Position numbers and translations under genes: made by a program
NCBI GenBank assembly: GCA_965215015.1
Contig: OZ244042.1
Coordinates: 2,624,001-2,688,000, forward strand
Reading direction: 5' to 3'
From: Candidatus Poribacteria bacterium
GTDB lineage: Bacteria > Poribacteria > WGA-4E > PCPOR2b
DNA: 64,000 nucleotides
Notes under the pieces: generated by a model
Database searches by the model: none
Seen by the model: the letters and a program-made list of their open reading frames with translations, nothing else
What the model was told of the DNA's origin: nothing
Part shown: in pieces, positions 1 through 10,093 of the stretch
How the letters are laid out: each line of letters starts with the position of its first letter
Position numbering within the stretch: position 1 is the stretch's first letter

Positions 1-1
1 C

Positions 2-814
2 CAACAATGTAAGATTATCGGTCGGTGTGGAATCGGGCTAGATAACATTGATGTGGAGACAGCGACCGCTCGCGGAATGGTTGTAACGAATGTCCCTGCC
101 TACTGCATTGATGAAGTTTCCGATCACACGATGGCACTGCTGTTGGCATGTGCTCGAAAAATTAACCTACTAGATCGAACGATTAAAAATGGCAATTGGA
201 CGCGAGACGTCGGACCATCTATGCGGCGGATTCGTGGACAAAAGTTGGGCATTGTTGGATTTGGCAAAATTGGGAAGGCAATTGTGCCGAAAGCGAAAGC
301 GTTTGGGCTGGAGGTCTTGATTTATTCACCGCGAGCTACCGAGCAAATCGCAGCGGCACATGGAGTAACGTTAGTGGATTTTTCTGAACTTTTGGCGGAG
401 TCTGATTTCATCACCATCCATGCACCGTTGAACCCCGAAACCCAGGGACTGTTCAATGAAGAAGTATTCCATCGGATGAAGCCGACAGCTTATATCCTCA
501 ATACAGCGCGGGGAGGGATTATCAAAACCGACGCGCTTTATAACGCGCTTACGGGAGGAGAAATTGCGGGAGCGGGGTTGGATGTTTTGCCAGAAGAGCC
601 GCCGCAGTCTGATGAGCCGCTGCTTGCGTTGGACAATGCGATTCTGACACCACATGCAGCGTTTACTTCCGAGGAGTCAACTTATGATCTCGAAGTGACA
701 GCGGCGGCAGAGGTTGCAAGAGTCTTAACGGGACAGATGCCTGAATCGGTAGTTAATCCAGAGGTCTTGAGCAGCCCAGTACTTCGTGCCACAGCACTCG
801 CTCAACGACAATAA
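2..814 (+). CDS. D-isomer-specific 2-hydroxyacid dehydrogenase (CtBP/SerA-like), 5'-truncated by window edge
   Basis: Frame open from position 2 (..CKIIGRCGIGLDNID..); GIVGFGKIG Rossmann motif, NTARG, TPHAAF. Confidence 0.9.
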   Translation, partial: QQCKIIGRCGIGLDNIDVETATARGMVVTNVPAYCIDEVSDHTMALLLACARKINLLDRTIKNGNWTRDVGPSMRRIRGQKLGIVGFGKIGKAIVPKAKAFGLEVLIYSPRATEQIAAAHGVTLVDFSELLAESDFITIHAPLNPETQGLFNEEVFHRMKPTAYILNTARGGIIKTDALYNALTGGEIAGAGLDVLPEEPPQSDEPLLALDNAILTPHAAFTSEESTYDLEVTAAAEVARVLTGQMPESVVNPEVLSSPVLRATALAQRQ

Positions 815-833
815 TCAGTTCAAGGAAATAGGG

Positions 834-1631
834 ATGAAATCTTTCAAAGACGCAACGGTCCTGGTCACCGGTGCCTCGTCCGGTATCGGCGAAGCGTTTG
901 CCCGCAACCTTGCAAATCGGGGAGCTAATTTAATCCTGACAGCACGCTCAGAGGATAAACTCCATCAACTCGCCACCGAGTTATCGGAACAATACGCTAT
1001 CAAAGTCCACGTGTTTCCTGGAGATCTCAGCCAGCCGGATACGCCTCAACATTTGTGGGCGCAGGTTCAATCTACATCGGTCTCGGTCAATGTGTTGATA
1101 AATAACGCCGGTTTTGGAAAGTGTGGGCCGTTCTTAGAGTACGACTATCAAAGCTACCAAGATATGTTGAACCTCAATATCAAAGCGTTGGTAGGTTTGA
1201 CCCATCTCTTTCTGCCTTCAATGTTGAAGAAGGGAGATGGCGGCGTTATCAATGTCGCGTCAACGGCCGCGTTCCAGCCAATCCCTTACCTCGCCACCTA
1301 CAGTGCCACGAAGGCATTTGTCCTCGGTTTCTCAGAATCACTCTGGGGAGAGTATAACGAGCGTGGCTTGACGGTGCTCGCGCTCTGTCCCGGTAATACC
1401 TCTACCAATTTCGCTGATGTTGCCAATGCGGACGTAACGAGGATGACCAGAGCGGAAGTCCCCGAAATAGTGGTTGAGGCAGGCTTGAAAGCCTTTTTGA
1501 GGGGACGCAACTATGTGATTCCGGGGAGGAGTGTCAATTATCTGCTAGCAAATTTGTCTCGGCTATTGCCGCGTCGCCGCGTGCTTGGGATAACATCGGA
1601 TATATTCAAACCGGATATTCCAAAAATGTGA
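834..1631 (+). CDS. Short-chain dehydrogenase/reductase (SDR)
   Basis: TGASSGIG, NNAG, YSATK motifs; ATG 834 follows AAGGA. Confidence 0.92.
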   Translation: MKSFKDATVLVTGASSGIGEAFARNLANRGANLILTARSEDKLHQLATELSEQYAIKVHVFPGDLSQPDTPQHLWAQVQSTSVSVNVLINNAGFGKCGPFLEYDYQSYQDMLNLNIKALVGLTHLFLPSMLKKGDGGVINVASTAAFQPIPYLATYSATKAFVLGFSESLWGEYNERGLTVLALCPGNTSTNFADVANADVTRMTRAEVPEIVVEAGLKAFLRGRNYVIPGRSVNYLLANLSRLLPRRRVLGITSDIFKPDIPKM

Positions 1632-1637
1632 TATTCA

Positions 1638-1836
1638 TGTTAAGAGAAAGTGCTGAACAAAGATACCCGGGACATCGCGCAACAGTGTCGGATATGCTGT
1701 CGCGGAACATACTAGATATTTTCAATTCACCAAATACCAGAGCCCAACACGATTGGTATTTGCCCCCTCCCCTCACCTGCGGGGGGATTCGAGGGGGGGG
1801 CGGAAAAACTGGGGTTCTTTGCACTATTACTTAACA
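1638..1836. mobile_element. Putative MITE with imperfect 16-bp terminal inverted repeats
   Basis: TGTTAAGAGAAAGTGC vs reverse complement of GCACTATTACTTAACA (13/16); contains a REP-like unit near 1765-1800. Confidence 0.45.
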
Positions 1837-1869
1837 CAAGCAAAATGTGATATGCACTACCGAATCGAG

Positions 1870-2982
1870 CTACTGTGATTTTCCCCTTGCAGCAATCTCC
1901 CAAACGTCCTCGACAATCCCGTTGCGAACGGCGTAAAACTGGTCATGGAGATTTACCGTTGTGCAGCAGTGCGTTGGTAAGAGTTCGATCTTATCGCCGG
2001 GCTTGAGCATAACGCTTGGATCCGCTGTTAGATTCCCGTGTTCTTCCGACAACCCTCGCATCTCTAAGCCTTCAACCCCCACCGGCTGCGGTGTACCAGA
2101 GTCGCTTGTCAACACCTTTGCGCCTGCATCAACGATGACGCGTGTCGGATGCGGGCGACTCACGACCGTTGTCAACATGGTGAGGGCGCATCCAAACGCC
2201 TCGCCGATACCTTCAACTTCCCGATAACTTGAATCGATAAAGACATAAGACCCCGCTTGGATTTCCGTCATCTCCGGGTAAGCACCGGTAATCTCATAGG
2301 TGCCTGTGCCACCGCCGCTCATAATCTTGACAGGGACACCGTTCTGTTCAAGAAAATGTTTGGTGCCAATAAGCATCTCAACGGATTCGCCCGTCAAACT
2401 TTTGCGTTCGGCGAAAGTCGGCGTGATGACGGTATGCCCCTCATAACCCATCAGTCCTTCAAATTTGAGACACTTCGATTGCAAGATGTGACGCGCGAGA
2501 TCCAGCGTCGGTCGCCCCGGCTCGGTCCCACACCGGTTCATGCCGGAGTTAACCTCGATAAGGACGCGCAGCGTTATGCCCTTCGCTTCCGCAGCCGCAG
2601 AGAGCTGATCAACGTTATGCGCGTCATCAACAGCAACCATAATCTCCGAGTGTTTGGCAAGGTTAATCAGACGCGCGATCTTTTGTTTCCCAACAATCTG
2701 ATTGGCAATGAGCACGTCGCGGATGCCCGCGTGGATCATCGCTTCTGCCTCACCGAGTTTGGCACAGGTCATACCGATTGCCCCCGCCTCTATCTGTTTA
2801 TGGGCAATAATCGGGGTCTTATGCGTTTTGACGTGCGGCCGGAGGTCTGCATTGACCGTTTTGAAAAAGTCCGCCATCTTTTGGATATTGGCTTCCATAA
2901 TATCTACATCAATCAGCAGCACTGGTGTATCAATTTCTTCCTTGGGGGTGCCGATAAACACATCAAGGTTGGGTGCTGACAT
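1870..2982 (-). CDS. DSD1-family PLP-dependent enzyme (D-threonine aldolase / D-serine dehydratase-like)
   Basis: RPHVKTHK PLP lysine, GYEGH, GGGTGT, QAGSY, SEEHG, PTHCC metal site. Confidence 0.92.
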   Translation of the reverse strand: MSAPNLDVFIGTPKEEIDTPVLLIDVDIMEANIQKMADFFKTVNADLRPHVKTHKTPIIAHKQIEAGAIGMTCAKLGEAEAMIHAGIRDVLIANQIVGKQKIARLINLAKHSEIMVAVDDAHNVDQLSAAAEAKGITLRVLIEVNSGMNRCGTEPGRPTLDLARHILQSKCLKFEGLMGYEGHTVITPTFAERKSLTGESVEMLIGTKHFLEQNGVPVKIMSGGGTGTYEITGAYPEMTEIQAGSYVFIDSSYREVEGIGEAFGCALTMLTTVVSRPHPTRVIVDAGAKVLTSDSGTPQPVGVEGLEMRGLSEEHGNLTADPSVMLKPGDKIELLPTHCCTTVNLHDQFYAVRNGIVEDVWEIAARGKSQ

Positions 2983-3173
2983 CGGTTTATCTCCTATTTT
3001 CTTATCTTCTTTATCGAATACCGGTTGAAATTCTCATCGCGGGGACAGTATTTTCAGACCTCTTTCAGTTTCTCTTTGGCATGAGTCGATAGGGGCATTT
3101 CCCTGAATTTAACGCAAAGTCGCACCCTCTGCGTCCCCCGCTTGCGGCGGAATTCGAGGGGGTGCCCCGCCAG

Positions 3174-3285
3174 AGGGAATGCTTACCGCATCGTGGATTC
3201 ACGGTTTCATCAGGAGAGAGGCTAAGCAATCAACCTCCCCTTCCCTGACGAAGAGGAAAACGGAAGCCGGTTCTCTCGCTTTCTC
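3174..3285. repeat. Copy of dispersed ~112-bp non-coding element (also 28016-28127; partial 27487-27526)
   Basis: AGGGAATGCTTAC(C/G)GCATCG(T/G)GGATTCAC...CTGACGAAG(A/G)GGAAAACGG...TTCTCTCG shared between copies. Confidence 0.8.
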
Positions 3286-3362
3286 ATTTTCTAATTCTCC
3301 CATTTTCTTTTTTTTTGCAGCTTTACCCCCTTGCGGCTTTGCGTTTTATTAAAAGCCAGTAA

Positions 3363-4265
3363 CTACTTATTCCATTCTTTTTTTGGTGCATTTTTGAGCA
3401 CCTTTTCGAGTATCTCTGCTTTGGCACGATCTGCCTCGGCACGTTTCATGTCACCTTTGGAAACATAAGCCAATCCACGAAGGAAATGCACCTGGTGGGT
3501 GTTGAAATCATCGGATTTTAGTTGTATTGCTTGGGTCAAGTTAGCAATAGCTTTATCATGATCGCCAGCAAATAAGTAGGATTTCCCGAGTCCAACATAA
3601 GCATCAGCGAGGTTCGGATCCAGTCCTATCGCTTTGTCAAAATCGGCAATAGCACTCTCCTCATCGCCTTTATCACCCCTTAGCTGGTAAGCCTGCCCGC
3701 GCCAAGTATAGGCATCGGTATAATCAGGCTGCAGCACTATTGCGTCGGTAAAATCGAAAACGGCGCGGTAGTAACTGCCTTTTTTCAAGTAAGCTTGCCC
3801 GCGCAAGGCGTAGGCATTAGCATCATCGGGCTGCAGCTCTATCAATTTGGTAAAGGCTGCGACGGCTCTCTTATAATCGCGTTTGTCATGATAAGCCTGC
3901 CCGCGCAAGAGATGAGCAATGGTATGATTGGGTTCACGTTTTATCACTTGAGTTAGGTCTGAAATGGCGTGATCAGCATCGCCTTTCGCACCCCTTGAAT
4001 GGTAAGCCTTTCCACGAAAATAATAAGCATCGGTGAAATCAGGCTTTAGTGCTATGGCTGTAGTAAATTCTTTGATGGCGTTATCATAATCACTTTTTTT
4101 ATCGTAAGCCACGCCGCGCCGAAAATAAGCATTGGCATCTAGTGGCCCCTGCTTTATCAGTTCGGTTAGCTCTGTAATGAAGCGCACCAGACTTGATTGA
4201 GCCACCGAACCTGTGAGGAGGAAGATTAAGAATGTGAGAGTTGGGGCAATGTATTTGGGTCTCAT
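3363..4265 (-). CDS. Exported tetratricopeptide-repeat protein
   Basis: N-terminal hydrophobic signal; about 7 repeats of type AYxxRGxAY...AIxDFTxAIxLxP. Confidence 0.92.
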   Translation of the reverse strand: MRPKYIAPTLTFLIFLLTGSVAQSSLVRFITELTELIKQGPLDANAYFRRGVAYDKKSDYDNAIKEFTTAIALKPDFTDAYYFRGKAYHSRGAKGDADHAISDLTQVIKREPNHTIAHLLRGQAYHDKRDYKRAVAAFTKLIELQPDDANAYALRGQAYLKKGSYYRAVFDFTDAIVLQPDYTDAYTWRGQAYQLRGDKGDEESAIADFDKAIGLDPNLADAYVGLGKSYLFAGDHDKAIANLTQAIQLKSDDFNTHQVHFLRGLAYVSKGDMKRAEADRAKAEILEKVLKNAPKKEWNK

Positions 4266-4284
4266 GAGGAATCTCCTTTCGCTT

Positions 4285-4532
4285 TCAGTTGCCTTTTCTG
4301 GGAGAATCTACGCAGCGCAAACAAAACAGAATCAAAGCGATAATCAGGGAGCCAATCAAAGAAACAACATCAGGATAGGGCAGGAACTCATTCAGTTTCT
4401 CCATAACTTTAGCATAGTCTGCTGTGGCGCGGACATTATCACCTTTTTGTTTGTAAGCGTCTCCGCGAAACCTATAAACGAAGGAATCATCTGGGCAAAT
4501 CCTATGGCTTTGGTACAGTCTAAGATGGCTCT
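4285..4532 (-). pseudogene. 3' remnant of a TPR/membrane protein gene, frameshifted and cut at an IS200/IS605 right end
   Basis: RAILDCTKAI in one frame continues as PDDSFVYRFRGDAYKQKGD..ADYAKVME plus a C-terminal hydrophobic segment in another. Confidence 0.6.
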
Positions 4533-4734
4533 TTGACATACTCCCAAGCCTAAAGGGTTGGGATTCTTACTTGTTCCTTTAGGAGTGGAATTGTGTGATT
4601 CGCAAGGTACGCTCCGATTTATCGGAGACTGACGGCCTCTCCTGCAAGGGTAAACGCCCCTACCCGATGGATATTGATTGCCCCACAGGCATGACAAGTC
4701 TTTGATGAAGGATATACCATTTATCAATGAAACG
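4533..4734 (-). mobile_element. tnpB: IS200/IS605 tnpB remnant with right end and putative omegaRNA region
   Basis: Minus strand reads RFIDKW/(2-nt shift)YPSSKTCHACG-AINIHRVGAFTLAGEAVSLR* (TnpB Zn-finger start fused to C-tail); ends GAATCCCAACCCTTTAGGCTTGGGAGTATGTCAA (hairpin + TCAA). Confidence 0.85.
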
Positions 4735-4920
4735 GGGTCTCTATCCTTCTTTTAGGTAAGGATGTGGGAAGCACCACCAAGCCGTGGTGGGATACCTGCC
4801 CCCGAAAGCCGAAAAAAAATTATCTCATATTTCACTGACACAATTAATAAAAATCTGCTAAAACGAGTATGTTACCTCCAAAGGTAAACCTTTGGGGTTT
4901 AACCCTAAAGGAAACTATCG

Positions 4921-5922
4921 CTAAAGCTGCTTAACGGGGTTGGAGAGTTTTCCCAGTCCATCCACCTCAATTTCCACAACATCACCGGGTGCTAGCGGCA
5001 GGTCGTTCGGCACGATGATGCCGGTGCCGGTAGAGACAACTGTTCCAACCGGGACGGGGTTATCTCGGCAAAGGAATTCGGTGAGTTCCTCAAACTTCCA
5101 ATTAATTTGGGATGTGTTCACACCACCTTCATAGATTGAACTCTCGTTTCGGATAACTGTGCATTTGATGTTTAGGTTATAGGGATCATCCACTTCAGAG
5201 GCAGTTACGACCATTGGACCGAGGGCACAACAACCGTAGAAAACTTTCGACTGCGGCAGGTAAAGGGGATTGTCTCGCTCAATGTCCCATGCGGAGACAT
5301 CGTTACAAATCGTGTAACCAACAATTTCCCCCTCTTCGCCGAGGATATATGCCAACTCCGGTTCAGTTGCCGTGAGTATGGAGTCGCTCCGGATACCGAT
5401 GAAGCCGTTGGGACCGACACACCGGGCGGGAGTTGCCTTGAAGAAAATCTCGGGCCGGTCTGCGTTATAGACACGGCTATATATATCTTGATCGCTGTCG
5501 TCATCCCGCATATCGGCACTGCGTTTGTAGGTCACACCACAGCCCCACACCTCCGGTGGGTCCAGAGGAGATAAGAGATGAGGCACCTTCAGGTCTGGCA
5601 CCACGTCGAGCGTGGCAAATTTGAGCTTGTCTTCCTCCGCTCGCGCCGGTAGGGGGGCCTGAGCTGTCGCACTGGAGACACGTTCTTGGATATCGGCGAG
5701 CAGAATCCCCATGCTCACCCCCTCCTCATAGGAGAGTTGGATCAACTCTAACACACCCGGTGACTCATTGCTCGTAACATCAATAACGATATCGTCCGGC
5801 TCAACGGATCGGCTGAGTAAGCCGCGATCTCCGTCGCTGGTGATATCGGTAACAACATCGCTTCGTGTCACAACACCGACACGCTTACCTTGACCCGGTT
5901 GATGAAATTGTATAAGTCTCAT
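4921..5922 (-). CDS. Fumarylacetoacetate hydrolase family protein (2-keto-3-deoxy-pentonate dehydratase-like)
   Basis: EVWGCGVTYKRS, RPEIFFK, EPEL, NDVS, NPLYLPQSK, STGTG. Confidence 0.9.
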   Translation of the reverse strand: MRLIQFHQPGQGKRVGVVTRSDVVTDITSDGDRGLLSRSVEPDDIVIDVTSNESPGVLELIQLSYEEGVSMGILLADIQERVSSATAQAPLPARAEEDKLKFATLDVVPDLKVPHLLSPLDPPEVWGCGVTYKRSADMRDDDSDQDIYSRVYNADRPEIFFKATPARCVGPNGFIGIRSDSILTATEPELAYILGEEGEIVGYTICNDVSAWDIERDNPLYLPQSKVFYGCCALGPMVVTASEVDDPYNLNIKCTVIRNESSIYEGGVNTSQINWKFEELTEFLCRDNPVPVGTVVSTGTGIIVPNDLPLAPGDVVEIEVDGLGKLSNPVKQL

Positions 5923-6021
5923 ACTTTTTCCTATCTCTCTTTTTCCTATCTCTAAAAATTGAAATGATGCAGAAGTTACGCACTTCGCTTGCGAAAATCT
6001 TTCCTATTTCGTACTGGGTGA

Positions 6022-6049
6022 GTAGGGAACGCAAATCTACATTCCCTAC
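6022..6049. repeat. GTAG-type REP palindrome (copies 35498-35525, 61598-61625)
   Basis: Consensus GTAGGGAACGCAGATCTGCGTTCCCTAC in three intergenic sites. Confidence 0.8.
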
Positions 6050-6293
6050 TTACATGACAATTGCAATCCAATAGTGGCACAGCTTCTGATCCGGTCGGGA
6101 GGTGCCTGCCCTTGATGAAATCAGAGTTGCTAATCTGTATCCCTAATCTGTATCACTGTGCAGATTAGGAAATCTGCGCCCACGAGGGTGTTAAATTCTG
6201 GCTAGGTAGGGGCGAGGTCACCTTGCTCGTACAGGGCATTTATATCAACTGCACAAATCCTACGATTTATAAATTTGGACTGTGAATTTTCTT

Positions 6294-6322
6294 AGCATAC
6301 ACTAACGTAGTTTGGAAAGCAA
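6294..6322 (-). promoter_or_regulatory. Possible sigma70 promoter for FAH gene
   Basis: TTGCTT-N17-TATGCT on minus strand. Confidence 0.35.
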
Positions 6323-6419
6323 GTCCTTTTTCCGCTATCACTATATTCGTGGTCCCGCTATGACTATTGTGACGCTTAGATTACGGATAATCCTATCTAT
6401 CACGTTTCACACATTAGTG

Positions 6420-7286
6420 TTACAACAGCAAACGATAGAGGTGCGGTGCAGCCCCAAAGACAACTACCGCCAAGGCTGTCCCAACGATGGCGTCAACTGC
6501 ATAATGAAACCGTCCGTAGACTGTCCCGACAACCAATCCAATACCAAATGGACACAGGACTGTAAAAGCCATCGGGTGATAACGGGCGGCGTAGAGGACT
6601 ACAATGACGCCAATCGCACAGTGGGAACTTGGGAACGCCGTGCCTTTAGACGATGCACCGGAAAGGATCCTGTGTACCAGTTGGAAAACATAACCCTCCG
6701 CGAGCGGGCCGCTAATTTTCTCAAACTTGTAGCGCGGTCCCATGACCGGCATAAGGATGTACCAAAGGAGACATAAATTGAAGGTCAGTACCTCCACAAA
6801 AACGACTTCGTGAAATACTTCATGCCTACCCTGGAAGTAAAGCACTGTGGCAAGCCCGAAAACAATGGGATAGTAGCTGAAATAGCACAGATGTAACGAC
6901 TCCGAAAGCCACTTCGACGGAAAATACCCACTTAGATAGACACTCGGTTGCCCATTGAATAACCGCTCCTCCCACTCTATAATTTTATCATCGAAATATC
7001 TTCCCAGCACCATCTGTGTCAGCGACGGTATCTCCAAGTAGAAAACGGGAATCGTCGCAAGGGGATACCAGTCACGTAATATTTGAGGCAGGGGGGGCAA
7101 AGAATCTTTGGGGATGAAAGTCAGCGAGAGAATACCGAATATACCCCCTGCATGACCCACTACATAGATGCCCCACCATCGCAAGTTTTTATGAAAGATG
7201 CAGGCAAGTACACCGGTGATTGCGAGATAAAAGATTGTGATCCAGTCAGATGGGCGGAGGGCGTTGACAATGTTGGAATCGTACAT
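6420..7286 (-). CDS. PAP2-family membrane phosphatase/phosphotransferase
   Basis: AFPSSH and GRFHYAVD motifs, multiple TM helices. Confidence 0.88.
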   Translation of the reverse strand: MYDSNIVNALRPSDWITIFYLAITGVLACIFHKNLRWWGIYVVGHAGGIFGILSLTFIPKDSLPPLPQILRDWYPLATIPVFYLEIPSLTQMVLGRYFDDKIIEWEERLFNGQPSVYLSGYFPSKWLSESLHLCYFSYYPIVFGLATVLYFQGRHEVFHEVVFVEVLTFNLCLLWYILMPVMGPRYKFEKISGPLAEGYVFQLVHRILSGASSKGTAFPSSHCAIGVIVVLYAARYHPMAFTVLCPFGIGLVVGTVYGRFHYAVDAIVGTALAVVVFGAAPHLYRLLL

Positions 7287-7301
7287 AGGCAGATTGATAC
7301 A

Positions 7302-9860
7302 CTACTCCTCCCTCAACGCATCTGCCGGTTGCATCCCCCCCACGCGCCACGCGGGGTAAATGCCCGCTAACAACGCTGCAACCAACGCAACGATGAGGGC
7401 TTGTAGGAAATAAATCGGTTGTAGGTGCATCTGCAGCGTCCAACCGAATGAACGAAGATTGATGATATAGATAAGAATAAGAGCGAGGACAAAGCCGGTT
7501 GGCATAGCGATGATGCCCGCAGTTGTCCCCATTAATCCTGTTTCCACCAGTGTCAATTTCCACAACTGTCGGCGTGTCATGCCGACAGCACGCAATGTGC
7601 CAATCTCTCGACGCCGCTCTAGTTGCAGACTCATCAGTGCGCTCAGTATACCGATGAAAGCCACGAGCATGGCGAGCATTTGTAGCGCGACCGTTATGCT
7701 AAAACTGCGATCGAAAATAGCGAGAGAATGTTCCCGAAGACCGCTGCTAGAGCGGATCACCAATTCAGCTTCACCGGCAAACGCTGCTCGTAATTCGTCA
7801 ATTTTGGCATCCACATCGACACCGGCTTCCACAAAGAGTGCAGCAGACGACAGATTAGTGTCGTCCCAAAATGTGCGGTAGATGGCATCACCGATAAGTG
7901 CACCGGGTTGTACATCGAAATCATAAGCCACAGCCACAATTGGAAATTGCTGCTCACCCCGGTCCGTGAACAGTGCGACTTCATCGCCAACCCCAAGTGT
8001 GAATCGGTTCGACATCGGCTCATTGATAATGAGTCCACCCGCCTCCAACCTCCTCCAAGTTGTTGCGGGGTCCCCTACTGCTGCCTTGTAGGAACGCTTT
8101 TCACCGGCGATATCCATACTGACAGCAGCAAGCTGGATAACCCCGAAATCGCCGGCACTGACATCTACCAATCGGCTCGTTGCCATCTGGGCAACACCGG
8201 GAAAGGTTGCCAACTTCTCCACCACACCGGGGGCAAGCGGAGAGGTTGCCTGATCCGAGATTAGACTTGGTGCCGAAATGAAGATATCCGCCTGCAAAAG
8301 GTCTGTCAACCACCGTTCAACGGTCAAGCGGAAACTGCTAATCATCAGGCTGACACCGACAATCACGCTAACTGTAACCATCAGCGCAGCAATGGCAACG
8401 GAGGTACGACTCAACGAGCGTGTGATGTCCCGAATCGCAAGCCGAACTAAAGGACTCAAAGATTTTCCTAAAAATTTGGTCAATCCTGAGAGTATACGCA
8501 TCAGTCCTAAAGTCAGAGCGGGAGTGAACAGACCGATGCCGATGATAATGGCGAAGACACCAACAAACGTGATGCTCAAATGCCATTCGGGAACTAGAAG
8601 GATGATGCCCAACACCAGCAGCCCCACACCAACCGCACTCACCCAGTTTAGCGCAGTACGCACCCGTTCTTCAATATTGCTACGTTGGAGTGCGGAGACG
8701 GGTTGCACCTTGGTTGCTTCATAAGCCGGGATTCCGGCGGAGACCAGTGCTGCGGCGATGCCACTGATAGCCCCTTTGAGCATCGTTACAGGTGGGAAAT
8801 CGATACGACGCACAGTTACAACAAAAAAAAGATCGTTGATGCTAGTCGTAACCATTTGCACCGCACCACGCCCTAACAGATACCCTAAGCCAAGTCCGAG
8901 GGCTGTACCGATGACACCGAGCAATCCTGCCTCAATCAGAATTATTGAGAAAATTTCGCCCCGCGTCACCCCCAACGCACGCAGGCTGCCGAAAATCGCA
9001 CGCCGCTGCACCACGCTGAAGACGACTGTATTATAAATCAAGAATATCCCAATCAACAACGCAAGTGTGCTGAAAGCTGTCCAGTTCAATCGAAACGCAG
9101 CTGTCATCTCTTCAACTGACGAGTCCGTCGGCTGTTCAACCCGTGCACCGGGAGGGAGGATGGCGGTGATGCGTTTGAGCGTTGCCGCTTTTTGTGTACC
9201 TTCCGGAATAATTAGATCAATTCGATCGAGGGCCCCCACTTTACCCAGTACCTCTTGGGCGGTACCAATGTCAGTAATCAATAACCCATCAAGCCCTCGC
9301 TGTTCATTTTTCTCGTCTGACTTTAGCACAAACACAATCTGTAGGGCTTGGCGCTGCCCTCCCACCTGTATGTGGATGAAATCACCTACATTGAGATTAT
9401 ACTGGTTGGCAAGGGACGCGCTGAGCAAAACAGTATTTGGCTGAACCATAAACGCAGTGAATCCATTGTTATCCGAAAAGCCGGTGTTATCGTCATTTAG
9501 ATAATCCCGAAAGGGAGATTCAGCAAAGCTATCCATCCCTAACAGCCTCATTGGCTGCATATCCAGTTCTTCGGCAACAACGTAACCTTCCACAATTGGT
9601 GCACTAAGCCGATAGCCTAACCGCTGCCGCAACGCGACATAAATGCTCTCATCCAACCCACTGGGGCCGCCAACAATCTGGTGAGTAGTTTTGCCGGTCA
9701 CGGCTTTTGCACTGAGTACGAAAGCGCGGTTAGCAGCACCGGTAGCGAGGTCAATTGCGACAATCATTGCAACGCCTAACGCTACACCGACGATGAAGAA
9801 AACGCTTTGAGTAGGACGCCGCGAAACATAACGCCAAGCGAGAGTAGTTGACAATTGCAT
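7302..9860 (-). CDS. ABC transporter permease, duplicated MacB/FtsX type
   Basis: Two FtsX modules (R..FGSLRALG; RRREIGTLRAVG), PADALREE terminus; start at MQLSTTLAWRY. Confidence 0.9.
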   Translation of the reverse strand: MQLSTTLAWRYVSRRPTQSVFFIVGVALGVAMIVAIDLATGAANRAFVLSAKAVTGKTTHQIVGGPSGLDESIYVALRQRLGYRLSAPIVEGYVVAEELDMQPMRLLGMDSFAESPFRDYLNDDNTGFSDNNGFTAFMVQPNTVLLSASLANQYNLNVGDFIHIQVGGQRQALQIVFVLKSDEKNEQRGLDGLLITDIGTAQEVLGKVGALDRIDLIIPEGTQKAATLKRITAILPPGARVEQPTDSSVEEMTAAFRLNWTAFSTLALLIGIFLIYNTVVFSVVQRRAIFGSLRALGVTRGEIFSIILIEAGLLGVIGTALGLGLGYLLGRGAVQMVTTSINDLFFVVTVRRIDFPPVTMLKGAISGIAAALVSAGIPAYEATKVQPVSALQRSNIEERVRTALNWVSAVGVGLLVLGIILLVPEWHLSITFVGVFAIIIGIGLFTPALTLGLMRILSGLTKFLGKSLSPLVRLAIRDITRSLSRTSVAIAALMVTVSVIVGVSLMISSFRLTVERWLTDLLQADIFISAPSLISDQATSPLAPGVVEKLATFPGVAQMATSRLVDVSAGDFGVIQLAAVSMDIAGEKRSYKAAVGDPATTWRRLEAGGLIINEPMSNRFTLGVGDEVALFTDRGEQQFPIVAVAYDFDVQPGALIGDAIYRTFWDDTNLSSAALFVEAGVDVDAKIDELRAAFAGEAELVIRSSSGLREHSLAIFDRSFSITVALQMLAMLVAFIGILSALMSLQLERRREIGTLRAVGMTRRQLWKLTLVETGLMGTTAGIIAMPTGFVLALILIYIINLRSFGWTLQMHLQPIYFLQALIVALVAALLAGIYPAWRVGGMQPADALREE

Positions 9861-10027
9861 CAGGATTAAATCAGGATTCTCATTAGGGGATATATTTCCT
9901 AATGACTCATGCCAAAAGAAAGCGAAACGCCAAGAACGTGAAACGTGAAGACCGGAAAACGGGACATGAAGCCGTCTTGTCTTCTCATTCTCTGGTTGTC
10001 TCGTCATGGCGGAATGAACTAGTCAAT

Positions 10028-10084
10028 CAATGAGCTCTTGAACGATGTGGAAACGACAGTCTCATCAACTCGCACCAAAGATTA
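10028..10084. repeat. 57-bp dispersed repeat (second copy 57098-57154)
   Basis: Ungapped alignment, roughly three-quarters identical, ending GCACCAAAG(A/G)TTA. Confidence 0.6.
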
Positions 10085-10093
10085 ATATAAGTA

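Noticed and set aside
2257-2979. Long antisense ORFs (also 12744-13292, 13994-14566, 61043-61741)
   Set aside because: Shadows of well-supported genes on the opposite strand, with no motifs.
4392-4727. 111-aa ORF
   Set aside because: Off-frame read through the tnpB remnant into the broken TPR gene.
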